A stretch of DNA of 63,648 bases, filler included, from Alloascoidea hylecoeti (GCA_001600815.1; 4 parts of 4 records of this genome joined end to end with filler, not necessarily neighbours in it), one strand, 5' to 3'. Numbered from the whole stretch's first letter, positions 12,300 to 25,089 are shown. Notes: generated from the sequence alone by a model not told the origin. Numbers and translations are program-made.

Positions 12300-13245
12300 A
12301 TATCTTCAGATGAGGAACCAGGTGATGCCAATTCCTCTGGTAGAGAAACTGGTGGGCTTTTTTGGCTTTGAAATATTTGTATACGATCCAATCCATCTAA
12401 GATGAGGTGGGTTATTCCATCCATTGATCCATTCAATAATCAAATACGTACTAAATACAACCACTTTGTAACCAAGTAACAAACTATCTTTTCCTCTCCT
12501 CATCTATAAGATCTTTAGGCCATGAATTCTGAATCATTTTGATTGAAAAGAAATCAAAGGGGGGACAGAATCACCATGGCATCGACGCAGTAAATGCAAG
12601 TGACAAGTTCCTCTCTAAGAGGGATCAATTAAAGTATAGACGGATATTCCACTGAATCAGTACCTTCCGGGAATTTCCAACACCCCTAAGAATACAGCCA
12701 GTCTCCTCAACATTGTAAATTTCTACATAACCATTTCAGCCATTTGAATCAGCTTTGCACATTATCTTTATCCTCTACGAAGCATTTATAATTATAAGAA
12801 TCGAGAACGGAAGGCAGATTGGAAATAATTTTCTTGTATATATCTAAAAGGCCGCAACCCATTTGCTGATCACTTAATGTTCATTCGTTGTTATTGATAT
12901 CGGTTTAGAACTGCGTGGGGTTGAATTAACTCGCGTCTGGATATACTCTTCAACAATCATAAGTAATAGTGGTCTATCAGTAGTGCAACCATGTTTGGCC
13001 ATTTCCCGAGTGTTCTCCAATATCTCATTTTCAAATAACCCCAAAGTTCTTGTTTTTGTTTTGTTTTATTAACTTCTCGATTGGAAGAGTTTGATTTAAC
13101 CTATTCCGTAGAGAAGATCGGCGAAATCTTTTGCAATATTGCTACAGGTTACTTCAGGGTTCAGCTGCGCATAACCAATGACGTTATATAGTCTCAAACG
13201 TCAATCGTCCTTTTCCCGCTTTGAATTGAGGCTCTTTTTTGACAT
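12300..13245 (-). mobile_element. Degenerate pogo/Fot1-type (Tc1/mariner, DDE_1) transposase relic
   Basis: Broken minus-strand frames read IYNVEETG (12720-12697), ELVTCIYCVDA..GDSVPPL, LIIEW and HLILDG in DDE_1 order. DNA similarity to 54590-54730. Confidence 0.7.
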
Positions 13246-16114
13246 GGTGATGAGTGGTGATTATATTTAGTAGCAATTGAAATACAACTAAATTTAACAA
13301 ACTATGTGTATTAGTATCTTTGGTGAGACAGGAGAATCTGGAAATTTTTTTAAAGATTGTAATACAAACCTATTTGGTTATTAAGAAGCGATGATTTTCT
13401 GAGTCGTACAGTTACTACGGTTTACCCTGGGCCTACAATTCACATGAAAACTATTTATAGTCATTATGATATCTTAGGGAATGAAAATTATACGAAAAAA
13501 TAGTTTCTCTTAATTAAGCCTTTTTTAATATTCTATTAATAAATTGAATCAATATTAGACATTTGATTTTCCAATTGCATAATACAACGTTAACGGAAAA
13601 TTAAAGATTTATTTTAGGCTTTTTTATAACTATATATTATTTTTATGATTTTAACAATTAATTGAGTGGTAGTTTTTCCAAGAAAGAAGTGTTTCGTGGA
13701 TGTTTCAAATAAAAGCACTAATTAAGAACCGCAGTTCAGACCAACCAAATGGACTGCTATATACAACAGTTGGATTCAGACTTTTTCAAAGCGATCCAAT
13801 TGTTTTTTTTGATCAAAAGCTGTTTCCAAAATCTTATAATTATGATCAGGATTCATGATACGTAATACCCTGATTTAAGCAGGTATAACATGAAGCTATT
13901 GATATAATTATAATATGGTTTTTCTTGAATTTCCGCCCCTGCAGTGAAAAATAATAATAATATCATAATCAAAATGCGATCAATTATAAACTCCCGATTT
14001 AACTCCGATTATATTTCCATTCTTAACGTTGCAATTGGAATTTGAAAGATCTGTAATTTTAATATATATATATATCGGGGTATAAAGTACTATAAATTTA
14101 AGACACAATTACAATGTAAATTTGTTTATAGTAATTTTAGCATATATTTACTTCGGATCCCTTGAACTTGCAATTAATATGTATTTTACAATTGAATTAA
14201 ATTGTCAAAATGATACCTAGCTTCCTTCTTTATAGAAGAGCTGTAGTAGAATTAGACACAAAAATGTACCCCTATTATTAATACATTTATTCCATTGGAA
14301 TTGGATCTAGAATCAAGATCAATTCTATAATCTCTTTGAAACGTTAACTGTACAGTATCTGACTGGTTATTTTAAAGTTTTATAGATATAAGAACCTTGG
14401 CAAGATATATTGTACCGGTATATCGTATAAATAAATGAAATATTTTAAAATAACGCTTTTATAATTATTTATACTGTGAATTATAAAAATTGGCCTAGAT
14501 TTGAATTAATACCAAATTACGTACTAATTACAACAAAAATATATTTCAATCGTGTTGTCAAATTATATTAGCTGGCAACTTGAATATTAACATTTATGAA
14601 AATATTACGTATACCTAGATATAAATTCCAAATCTCAAACAGTGTGCGAAATATTATCATGCATATGCATGAAATTGGTCTCCTTCTTTATTATTATATA
14701 CCGGTATATATCCTTATAAGCTTTATATGGCAAGTTTTCAGCAACAACTTCACTCCAGAACTGTATCTATCTAAAGCTTAAATACAATTGATATTTTGAA
14801 TTTGTATTATGTCTGGCGCTTTGGATGTATTGTTATTCATAGCCGTAACAATTGCGATCGCGAGAATAATAACGGTGAATCAACAGCTATCCTCAACATA
14901 CATATAGTAATGTTAATATTTTTGTAATTAATTAAGTTTGTATTGCAATTGTGTATTTATTTATCTTATAGCTGGGTATAAGTGGATATAGGCAGCCAAT
15001 TCTCTAGTTATAGAATTCTCTTTAAACTTGAAGTATTTGTATACCAGTCTCTGATATTCAGATATATATAAACTTAGGCTCGCACCATCGCAATTATGTG
15101 GTTGGTTTGAAATTAATTCTCTCTATCGTATAAGCTTCGTAACAACTCAACCGCGAGTTTAAAATATCATTTCTTAGCATAATTTATATTATATATGCTA
15201 AACAACTCCAAATTCTTGTACAATAAAATCTTTTAAAAAAATAGCAGATTCTCTTGTGTTTCACCTAGCATAAATACCTTTTATATAGCCAGCCATTAAA
15301 TAAATTAAATGTTATTTATGTGCTCGCAGTTGTTACGAAACTTACCCTAGAATAGCTATAGCTAGCGCTAATAACTGACCATGATATAAAACCTTTATTA
15401 TATGGTATCAAATATTATCAATTATAAGATATATGTTTTAATTATAATATTGTATTTAATTTTGATCTTAATATGCATCTATAGCTGAAATTCTAAATCT
15501 AATTTTAAACAGTATTTTGCTGACACAGGTATAATTATGGCAGATGCTCTCCTGGATTTACAATTAGATTCGGATTCGGAAACACTAGAAAATTGATTTA
15601 CACAACATTTCACTTGACCTTCGGTTCATTATAAGAAATTATTGTACAATTTTAATAGGTCGTTTATAACTTATTATGCCAAATGTAATAAGTTAACCCT
15701 ATAATTGAATCTGCATCAATACATTAGCCCATAATAGGCAGTAATTACAATATTAATTTACTGAGGGATCTCAAGTAACAGTAACAACGTTACCAGAAAC
15801 TAATTATAACTTATATTTGTAGTCGTATAATTACCAATTCATACTTCACGTATATCATATTTGAAAGAATGAATGTTCTAGAAAACTTGAATATCAAAAA
15901 TGGTAGCATGAAGTTTTTCTAATTATAGATAAGGTTATTCATTCAATTGGTTCTTTCTATATAAGAAACTAATAATCTGTAAAATTTGACACCAAAGAGT
16001 TCATAGTCTGCGACAATTCATTCACTATCGAGATCGATACTAAAAGGCCCAGGAAACCACTTCGCTTCTTCATTGACCTGTTTCTATATACTTTCGTTGT
16101 GATCAGAGATTCAG

Positions 16115-18140
16115 ATGAAAATATCTTCTGTTGCTTTGCTGAGCTTTGTAGGCACAGCTTTCGCCCACTATTTAAATCTTACAAGCACCTCTTCATCGTA
16201 TTATGATGAACCATCAACATACGTTGTTGAAACCACAAAGGTTGTAACATCTTACACAACTTACTGTCCTTCTCCTACAAGTTTTGTTCAAAATGGTTAT
16301 ACTTATACCATTTCAGAAGAAACAACACTTACCATCACTCGTTGCCCATGCACAGTTCCACATACTGTAGTCTTAACGTCATCATCTTCCAGTATCTCTG
16401 AAATAGCATCATCTAGCCATACAACAAATTATTTAACAAGTGAAAGCTACTCTAATGTTGAGTCTAGCTTATCATCAGTATTGAGTTCGAGTCAGGATAC
16501 TTCAGAATCTTGGTCTGCAAGTTCTTCCAGAATTAGCTCAAGTCCCGCTGCAACTACTCATGTAAGTACAACTTCAAATCTCTTATTCACTTTGAACAAC
16601 TTCTAACTTATTTTTCTAGCAACCTACATCGAGTAGCCATTACGACAGTTTTTCTGAAAGCAATTCAGTGTTTAAGAGCTCCTCCCAATCGGTAAGTCAA
16701 TCAATTATTAATTCGTTTTGATTCCAATATATTAGATAATACTAATTTATTATAGTCGTATGTGACAGTTCCAAGCTCCGACGTTTCTTCGGCTATTTTA
16801 TCTGTTAGTTCTGGTACATCTTCTTCAGTTGGTTCATCGTCACGTGCAAGTGAGAGTTTTAGTTCAGTACCTATCAGCACTTCAACACCTTCAGAAACCG
16901 TATCTTACTCTTCTGGATCCACTGTTAGCCTTGAGTCTTTATTATCTACCAATTATGTCGTGTCGGAATCAACCTTTTCCATTGCAACCACTACAGTAGT
17001 TACGTCTTTTACCACTTACTGCCCCAGCCCCACAACATTTGTAGTGAATAGCAAAACTTACACTGTCACAAGTGAGACTGTCATTACCGTTACAGAATGC
17101 CCTTGCACAATTTCGACAAACAAACTAACCAGCTCTTTGGTTACTAGCTACAGTGCATCAAAATCTCAAAGTTCAGTCTCATCTACCGCTACGGAAATAA
17201 TTTCTTACCCAAGCTCTAGTCCTAGTGCAAGCTCCAGTTTAAGTGAGTTTATTTCTTCTAGTATTTTAACATCTGGTGCCCTAAAATCTAGTACTGCTAC
17301 TTCAAGTAGAAGTTCTACTGTTAATTCCGTTCAGTCATCTACCTCGGTGGTATTTAGCAATAGTGTTTCCTCTTCTAGTGTCATCCTTTCCGTTACTTCG
17401 GCTTCCTCCCTACCAATTATACCCACCACTTTGACATCCAGCTCGTTGATATCTGGTAGTACCATCCTCTCAAGTTCAAGTATTCCCTCAATATCAAGTG
17501 ATGTTATCTCTTCAAGCTCACAATCAATTTTTTCAACATCAGGTTCTGCAACATCAAGTTCTGCAACATCATCATACAAGACGGGAACGACTAGTGTCAT
17601 CACATCATCACTTTCAATCATATCTGTGACTTCAACTTTTATACACCATACTAGTAGTATTGTTACTTCGTTTACAACATATTGCCCATCGCCAACAACA
17701 TTCACTGTAAATAGTAAGACATACACCATCACAGAAGAAACTACTGTCACTATAACAGATTGTCCATGCACAATTCAAACATCGGTTTTATCTAGTATTG
17801 TATCAAGTTACCCTGTTACTGTACCAGTGACATCGCTAATTACAACATCAGAATCCGTTAGAAAATCAACATCAGCATCATCAACTGGAACGTATATCTC
17901 ATCAGTTCCAACAACTAGTGAATATCATAGTATCAGCAGTATCACAACATCATACTTCACCGGATCTGGATCTGTAACAAGTGTAACCTTTTCGGTTCCA
18001 TCATCGGTTGTTATCAGTTCAGTTCCTGTCAGTTATTCTACCATCACTACATCAATTCCTGTAAGCTACTCATCATCTGGAACTACATCGGTGCCATGCA
18101 GTTACTCCACTATCACAAAGTCTATCCCAGTTAGCTTCAC
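16115..18140 (+). CDS. Secreted Ser/Thr-rich cell-wall mannoprotein with three Sed1/Ccw12-like ([12 protein letters not shown]) repeats; 3'-truncated by gap
   Basis: Signal peptide [17 protein letters not shown]. Exons 16115-16561, 16620-16691 and 16756->18140. Introns 16562-16619 and 16692-16755 (GTAAGT, CTAAC/CTAAT branch, TAG) splice in frame. Confidence 0.88.
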
Positions 18141-18240
18141 NNNNNNNNNNNNNNNNNNNNNNNNNNNNNNNNNNNNNNNNNNNNTTAATTAATTAANNNN
18201 NNNNNNNNNNNNNNNNNNNNNNNNNNNNNNNNNNNNNNNN
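18141..18240. other. Artificial contig linker (N44-TTAATTAATTAA-N44)
   Basis: Identical 100-bp spacer with stops in all six frames occurs three times in the window. Confidence 0.95.
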
Positions 18241-18720
18241 GATGAACATCTGTAGATAGTTCATAGGATTGTATGGATCTGGACCTCGAAGTTTGAACGG
18301 TGTTGGAACTCTGATATCAGCTAATTATCTATCATCCAGGATAAGTAATATTATCCAATGGTCAGTAAGTATATCAATTCGTTGCATTATTGGGTTTCGA
18401 TGTTATAAGCTGCTCTTTCATATACCCTTGAACAGAGTTTCTGTTGAGACCAATAAATAGTAACAATCAATATTGTGTGGGAAAACACTGGAAAGAGAGA
18501 ACAATGTTTACATCCAAACATCCCATCACATACGTGATGCATGATTCCTTGAGGATGTTGCAAGTATTTTATTGTCCTACCAAAAATAATGTGAGCCACC
18601 AAATTATCATTTTAAGACTTGATAATAGCGATTCAAAACATACTTTTTAATAGGTTTTTATACTTCTGTGAAGATGTATCATATCATAAGTTTACATGAG
18701 TGTAGACGCCGAGATAATAC
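18241..18720 (-). mobile_element. Possible Mutator-like (MuDR N-terminal) transposase relic
   Basis: Broken frames read KKYVLNRYYQVLK and IKYLQHPQGIMHHVC. Similar to KEYLLKHHNYQVLKS at 50860-50910. Confidence 0.3.
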
Positions 18721-19613
18721 AGATCTCCCACTTAATTACGGCCATCTGATAGATTATATATTCGCTTTTGTAGGTGGAAATGTTTGGTTGTTTGGAAGTT
18801 TCTTTTTAAACCTATAATTTTTTCCTGGCCAATACTACTCCCTGTTCTTGCTTTTTTTCCCCCAGGGCCTTCCAAGAGATATTTAACTTATTACGTTATA
18901 TGTATTACACATACTATTCCAGTTCTAGACCAGAACTTGGGGTTATACACTGTATTACATGGCTGATCAGCAAGAAGGGGCGCTTCCAAAATACATAATT
19001 ATAACTTAGACAAGAATTTCACTGAAAGGAAATTAAGGAGAAACACGTTACTAACACACAATAACATGATATAACTATAGCATAGAGAGAGCGTAATTAT
19101 CGAAGGAGGGGGAAATATCCAGTTCAAAAAGTGGCCAATATTGACCTTATAGGAATTTAGATTCCATTACTTAGAAATGCTGTTTTTCTTTTTATTATCA
19201 TAGCCGGGTATAAGTTATACAACAAAAATTAAAATATTAAAACTCAAAACAAAAATCTGATTACATATGATATTTAAAGAAAAAAAGAACTTAAAGAAAC
19301 CAAAAAGAAAAAATAAAAGCTTAAGTTATGTACTGTCACTCCCCTGTTAACCGCCGGCCCATAAATATACCCATTACCCTTGTCATCAATTTAAAAGTAT
19401 AATCAATTATTAACTTTTTTTAGTTATACCACCATAACACAAATCAAAAATATTTTAGTTTATTGAGTTGGGTGAAAATAATTGTCATTAATCAAAATTT
19501 ACTGTTCTTATACATAGTAATTGTGTTTTCATCATCATTATTATTGAATTGCATTAGTTCCAGTAATAAATTACACCTTTTTTTTTTTTCAAACCATTCT
19601 TATTCTCCTTAAA

Positions 19614-20551
19614 TTAGTTTTTTAACATCTTTCTTGATCTTGATGATGTAACACTAACAAAACCATCTTCAGAAGAAGAGACACCATATTCACTTTCAGC
19701 ATCACTTCCTAAAGGAGTAATAATATCTGTGTTTGAATCAAAATCAGTCGACGAATCGATAATTAGTGTATTAATATGTTCAAAAGAACTTGTTGAAGGA
19801 GTTTCCTCTGAATCATATGAAACAACAGAATCTGTTTCTGATTCGGTTAAAAACTCAGAACGATTTAAAATAATTGTAGATGGTTCACGAAGTGGATCAT
19901 CAAAAGGATTAAGACCTAAATCATTGTTATTAGTGCTATTAGATGAGGTTTTCGTAGGTTGCTGTAATGTAGCTATAGAGCTCGATGAGCTAGAAGCCTG
20001 TTTATTTAAAGTAGAAAACCCATTATTATTTTGAACATTTCTGTTTCTTAATTCATGATCGTTTTTAAAATATGATGATGAGCTTGATGAAGCTCTTTGC
20101 CATAATAAATCATCATCATCATAATCAGAAGCACTATTTGATCTTTCACTAGCACGACGACTATCTTGTTCAGGGCTTTTTTCCCAGATAACTTCGCCTG
20201 CCTCATCGTGATCATAATCATTTGGATTTCTAACTGGAACACCATGCCGTTTCTGTTTCTTTTCTTTGATTGCTTGCGCAATATCATTTGCAGTTTTTTC
20301 AATAGCATCTTCTAAGTCTTCGCGAAACTTACGAGCTGCTTCTGCAATCTCATCTTGATATGTTATGGTGAGCGCAGCACCTAATCCAACTCCAAGGATA
20401 ATTCCGGCTTTTACGAAGAACGGGATCGCCACTAAAAATACCGATAAGATAAGAAAATCGTTAGAACACGGATATAGTTTTATTAATGTGAGTAATATAC
20501 GAAGGTGCTAAAAGATGAAATATATGATTAAAACATACTTGGTAATGGCAT
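19614..20551 (-). CDS. Hypothetical protein: N-terminal TM helix, coiled coil, acidic Ser-rich tail; 2 exons (20551-20539, 20431-19614)
   Basis: ATG CCA TTA CCA A|GTATGT...TTCTAAC...TTTTTAG|TG GCG gives MPLPMAIPFFVKAG in frame. Intron 20432-20538. Confidence 0.8.
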
Positions 20552-20655
20552 TTGAAATTATTAATATAAAAAAAGAGGAGAAATTTTACCGAGATAAGTA
20601 GGGAAAAATTCGAAGGCAATGCATTCAATCCTTTTATACTACCAAAATGTGATGT

Positions 20656-21387
20656 ATGGGTGTATTAATTAAATCAAACCACGAAAAAGTTATGTTTGAT
20701 GTAGGAGATATTGAAAATATTAAAATGGAGGTTGGACAAATAGATACAGATACAATTCCAGGTATAAGCCACGATGAAGGTGGATGTGGAGTTCCTGAGG
20801 ATTCGTGGCCAAAACAGAAGCAGAAACAGAAACAGAAAAAGAAAGAAAAGATAACTGATGAAGATTGGGAAGAACCAGACCCAACTGGGGAATCTGCTTT
20901 ACCATTATCAAAGATTAAAAAAATATTCAAAATGGATTCAGATCATAAAGGAGTTTCAGCAGCAAGTGTTTTCACAGCTGCAATTGCAACTGAACTTTTC
21001 GTGCAATATTTAACCGAACAAGCAGGTCTTATGGCAAAATCAAATAAGAGGAAAACAATTACTTTTAAAGATTATAGTGATTCAATTTCAAAAGTCCCAA
21101 GGCTGAATTTTCTCAGTAACGTTGTTCAACAATCTCAACCTAGTAAAGATAAAATAAATTCCGCGAAAAGGGGTCATAAAAAGGATCATGAAAATACTGT
21201 TATATTGGATAAGAATCAATCTACACTACCATTTAATAAAGCACAAAAACAAAAGGAAACTACAGAACTGGAAAATAATATTAATACTGATAAACAAAGG
21301 GCCAAATATATGGATGAAACAGCAGATAACCCAGATATTGACGTTTATAGTAATAATGATGATAATGATATAGATATGGATATATAA
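20656..21387 (+). CDS. DPB3: H2A-like histone-fold protein, Pol epsilon/ISW2 subunit Dpb3/Dls1-like
   Basis: LPLSKIKKIFKMD..ATELFVQYL..KRKTITFKD..LNFL histone-fold motif. Start codon uncertain. Confidence 0.8.
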   Translation: MGVLIKSNHEKVMFDVGDIENIKMEVGQIDTDTIPGISHDEGGCGVPEDSWPKQKQKQKQKKKEKITDEDWEEPDPTGESALPLSKIKKIFKMDSDHKGVSAASVFTAAIATELFVQYLTEQAGLMAKSNKRKTITFKDYSDSISKVPRLNFLSNVVQQSQPSKDKINSAKRGHKKDHENTVILDKNQSTLPFNKAQKQKETTELENNINTDKQRAKYMDETADNPDIDVYSNNDDNDIDMDI

Positions 21388-21533
21388 ATAATACGGAAGT
21401 TGAAATTTATATATTTAGTTCTTCCAATAAGCATTAAACAATGAGAGTAAATATCTCTTTCTCTATATACAACAAAATAATCGCGTTTCTAATGAATATT
21501 CATTTCCATATAAATAATACATCATTTAAAGCT

Positions 21534-21959
21534 TTATAGACTCTCATAACCTGTTTCTTCGACTTCATCAACATTTGTTTCAACTTCACCATATTTAATA
21601 TAATCATCTAGACTTTTTAAATACCAATTGCCATTCATTGGACCATTTTGAAACCCACTAAACGAATTTTTAAAATCTGGTGATGTAGAACTAACAAATG
21701 TTTTTAAATCTGAATATTGAAACTCTTCAGGTACAACAAATGTTTTAACTTTACTCCAATCAATAATGTAACCACCATATTTTGTGTGTCTACCAATACC
21801 TGATGATCCTGTACCTTTATAATAATCCTTTTTACCGTCTTTTGTTGATAATGGATAACGTCTCCGCCCCATAAGGTGAAATTTAGGTACAGGATTATGT
21901 TTCTTTGTACGTAGCATCTGGGCTGGACGTTTAATGAGTGATATCGGAGTTGGTTTCAT
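21534..21959 (-). CDS. MRPL27: Mitochondrial ribosomal protein mL41
   Basis: PLSTKDGKKDYYKGTGSSGIGRHTKYGGYIIDWSKVKTFVVP. First ATG is at 21959. Confidence 0.92.
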   Translation of the reverse strand: MKPTPISLIKRPAQMLRTKKHNPVPKFHLMGRRRYPLSTKDGKKDYYKGTGSSGIGRHTKYGGYIIDWSKVKTFVVPEEFQYSDLKTFVSSTSPDFKNSFSGFQNGPMNGNWYLKSLDDYIKYGEVETNVDEVEETGYESL

Positions 21960-22159
21960 CTTGAAATTAGTTTGAAATGTGGTGGTTAATTGTTTAGATC
22001 TGAGTTCTAAAAGAAATATCAAGCATGAAGAGAAAAAGTGTTGAAAAATATGGCTTAGTCAGCTTCTCGAAGATTATTGGCTATAATCTGTATGCTTACT
22101 CATCATAAGTGAAATATTTATAATCATCTTTATTTTTAACATTTAATCTTCAGCGCTCC

Positions 22160-22409
22160 TTTTTTTTTTTTTTTTTTTTTTAACTTTCATATATTTTCCA
22201 ATTAAATTGTATAACTAGAAACTATGTAAATTCTGAGGAAATCTCTACTATATATACTGAAATAAAAACCTCTTTTTCTATTCTTCTTATTTTTGTGTAT
22301 TCTTGACACTCTTCTTTTTTCCCTTCTTATGTACCTAGACCACCTTAAAAGTAAATTTTTTATTAGATTTTCTTTACTTTTTCAAGTTTTTAGATATTAG
22401 AATCCCCCA
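22160..22409 (-). mobile_element. 5'-truncated LINE 3' end with poly(A) tail (family 2)
   Basis: 22-T run at 22160-22181 followed by about 230 bp nearly identical to 40662-40893. Confidence 0.7.
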
Positions 22410-22744
22410 TAGTTAAATTCATCAATTTTATTCAATGCATTAATGTCTATTTTTTTAACGAAGGTAAGAGTTGCAATGGGAGCTTAACCAAAAGGAATTC
22501 AAGAAAATTAATATTAGAAAACTAAGACTAAGTTTATATAGTTCTAAGCTAGTCCGGGTTATATAGAAACATGAGATTATATTTGTAAGGAATAACGAAT
22601 GATCATGAATATTGTGTGTATGTCCTCACAGCAGTGGCATGAATAGTATAACGGCAAAGCATAATGGCATAAGTGCATAACAGAGCATAATAATAAGAAC
22701 AAAAGAAAATGAGGGTAACCGTTTTGTTACGACAAAAATAAGTT

Positions 22745-22816
22745 TCGGTAATAGTTTAGTGGCTAGAATTTCCGCCTGTCACGCGGGGGACCGGGGTTCA
22801 ATTCCCCGTTACCGAG
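22745..22816 (+). tRNA. tRNA-Asp (GUC)
   Basis: TCGGTAA/TTACCGA acceptor stem, anticodon loop CTGTCAC, GGTTCAATTCC B box and a T-run terminator. Confidence 0.97.
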
Positions 22817-23154
22817 TGTTTTTTTTTTTATCTTTTGGGCTCATCCCTCTCTGGCGCTAAAAAAAGTGGAAAAGGGATACTAAAATAATTTAAAATCTAA
22901 GCCTAGGTTCAGGGATTCTATGGCAGATGCGAGTAAACAGAAGATTCAACTCATGTGATTTCAAAATAGACTCAGATTCAATTCCCCGTTACCGATTGTT
23001 TTTTTTATCTTTTGGGCTCATCCCTCTCTGGCGCTAAAAAAAAGTGAAAAAGGGATACTAAAATAATTTAAAATCTAAGCCTAGGTTCAGGGATTCTATG
23101 GCAGATGCGAGTAAACAGAAGATTCAACTCATGTGATTTCAAAATAGACTCAGA
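22797..23154 (+). repeat. Tandem duplication of about 180 bp (22797-22976, 22977-23154) starting in the tRNA-Asp T-loop
   Basis: Two near-identical units TTCAATTCCCCGTTACCGA...GACTCAGA, differing mainly in homopolymer lengths. Confidence 0.95.
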
Positions 23155-23322
23155 TGCTATTGTTCATTTAGCACATATTGAACGACGGAAACTAATTCTT
23201 AGATATAAATAAATACAGAACAGGCATTGTTGTACCGTCAAGGTATAACACTTTTAAATAATTCTATACTTACGTTTTAACCTTTTTATAGATTTTTATA
23301 ATTTATAATAAAATGATAAAGT

Positions 23323-25089
23323 AAAAAAAAAAGGATCGCCGAGTCTAAAACGAACAGAAAGAAAGCATGAACAAACACCCTCCAGATCCACCTGGAATCC
23401 CTAATCCTAGTCAAGGATCCTCTTCACTAAACATTGTTCCGGAAACAGAGTCAGCCAAATTCTGGAATGTTTTAGAAAAAGAAACCAGAAAAGTTCAGCT
23501 ATCAAAACCATCAGTTCTCGCCAAAGAATTAGTTGCTTTCTCTGAAACAGATCGGACCTCCACTTAAATGGTTTTGCTCAATTCGAGCACATTTATCACA
23601 TTTCAAACTCGAGCTCCCTCAACATTAATAAATCCGAGATCGACAGTTCTATAAAGGCATGGATAGCTAAACACTATCCCCAACTCGCCCCCAACTTTAA
23701 ATTCATACTTTACGATCGTAAAGTTTTCAAACACATTTGCCCTGATGGGTTACGAAAAAACTAATGTTATATCTGAGGAAACAGGTGTTTCTGCTGATAT
23801 AGTTGACATGGATAACAATTTCAAGGAATGTATGGCCAACCTAGCTGGTCCTCTTATTCAAACATCAACACCAATAAACCATTTCCAATTGGAAAAATAC
23901 CAACAAAACCTCCATGGACAATATGGAGTATTCAGGGTGACAGCAGGAATCTTCGCAAAAGACGATTTCCATGCTTCTGTAAGGCAATTCTTTTCCCAAT
24001 TCGGGAAAGACTTAGAAATCAGATCTGAAATCAGAAATGATACAACAATAGGATACGCTCTAATTGACCTTAAATGCGCTTATCTCCCTAAGATGGCCAC
24101 CCCTCAAAACCAACTTTTTATAATCATACTAGTACCAGCATACAATTTAAAATTGATCTAAACTCCAACATACACTGCTCCCGCATGTTTCTACTGCAAC
24201 CGAAGGGACCATGCTTCAAGATTCTGCAAATTCAGAAACCATCAATCACTTAACCAAGCAAATACTAATCATCCAATTAATAACCATGCTACCTCCGTAA
24301 GCAACCCGCCAACTGGAAGCCGCGCACCTAGCCCGGTCAGACCCATCCCCGAAGAAGAAAATAAGGTTAAACTACTCGGAAAAAAATCCCAGCCTAATCC
24401 ATCGGTTCATCTTTCAACCACAGCTCGCTAATGTTCATGAGAATGAATTGAAATCGATTGGAAACATCCTTATAACCTCATCTAGACTACTAGGATTCGA
24501 CAGTAAGACTAATTCATCAGCGAAACAAGCGATAGATTGGAACGATGAGGAAGATCTCTTGACCGAGGAAGATGAAAAAAAAATGGATGCAGACCCTCCT
24601 CATACTCAACTAAGAGGATCGTCTCAGGTCTCCCTTCTTATACCCAGAGGATGGTGAAGTAGGAGAGGCTAACCCTCAATTATAGGTACCCTTAACGGTA
24701 CAACAATGTCTATATCAAAATATATTTATGTTCATACTAAGAACCTCCATGATGGACGAAGGCAGACGCGAATTCATCATCAATCAACATGTATTAGAAT
24801 CTAAATATCACATTAACTACTTCCAAGAAGTTAGAATGCCAAAGAATACAGCACTCGAATTAAAGTCTCAATTAAACTTATCTTCTATCACTTCTTATTG
24901 TGATGAAAAATCCCTTTCGGTAATCTTCATTAAGAGGCATACAAATATATCAATCATTCCTAACCAATACACCGTTCGTTCTTTTAGTGAACTTTTATCA
25001 CAGAGAATAATGGATGCAGTAATCAAGATTGAAACAAAACGGATCCGACTGATCAATATTTACGCACCCAACGACACTCCCCTTCGATG
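23323..25089 (+). mobile_element. Degenerate L1-clade (Zorro/Ylli-like) LINE 5' part: ORF1 plus start of ORF2 endonuclease
   Basis: 5' A-run, MNKHPPDPPG start, frameshifted ORF1 with CCHC knuckle CFYCNRRDHASRFC (about 24186-24227), then AP-endonuclease motifs IGTLN, FQE and INIYAPND. Confidence 0.85.

Noticed and set aside
17331..17771. Val/Asp/Glu-rich antisense ORF (also 45125..45388)
   Set aside because: Mirror of Ser/Thr codons on the sense strand.
18185..18196. TTAATTAATTAA palindrome occurring three times
   Set aside because: Always centred in exactly 100-bp N spacers, so it is an assembly linker. Gene adjacency across it is not reliable.
22797..23154. Phage-like att duplication or CRISPR-like array at the tRNA 3' end
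   Set aside because: Eukaryotic context, the whole 180-bp unit is duplicated adjacently, and there is no integrase, cas gene or spacer structure.
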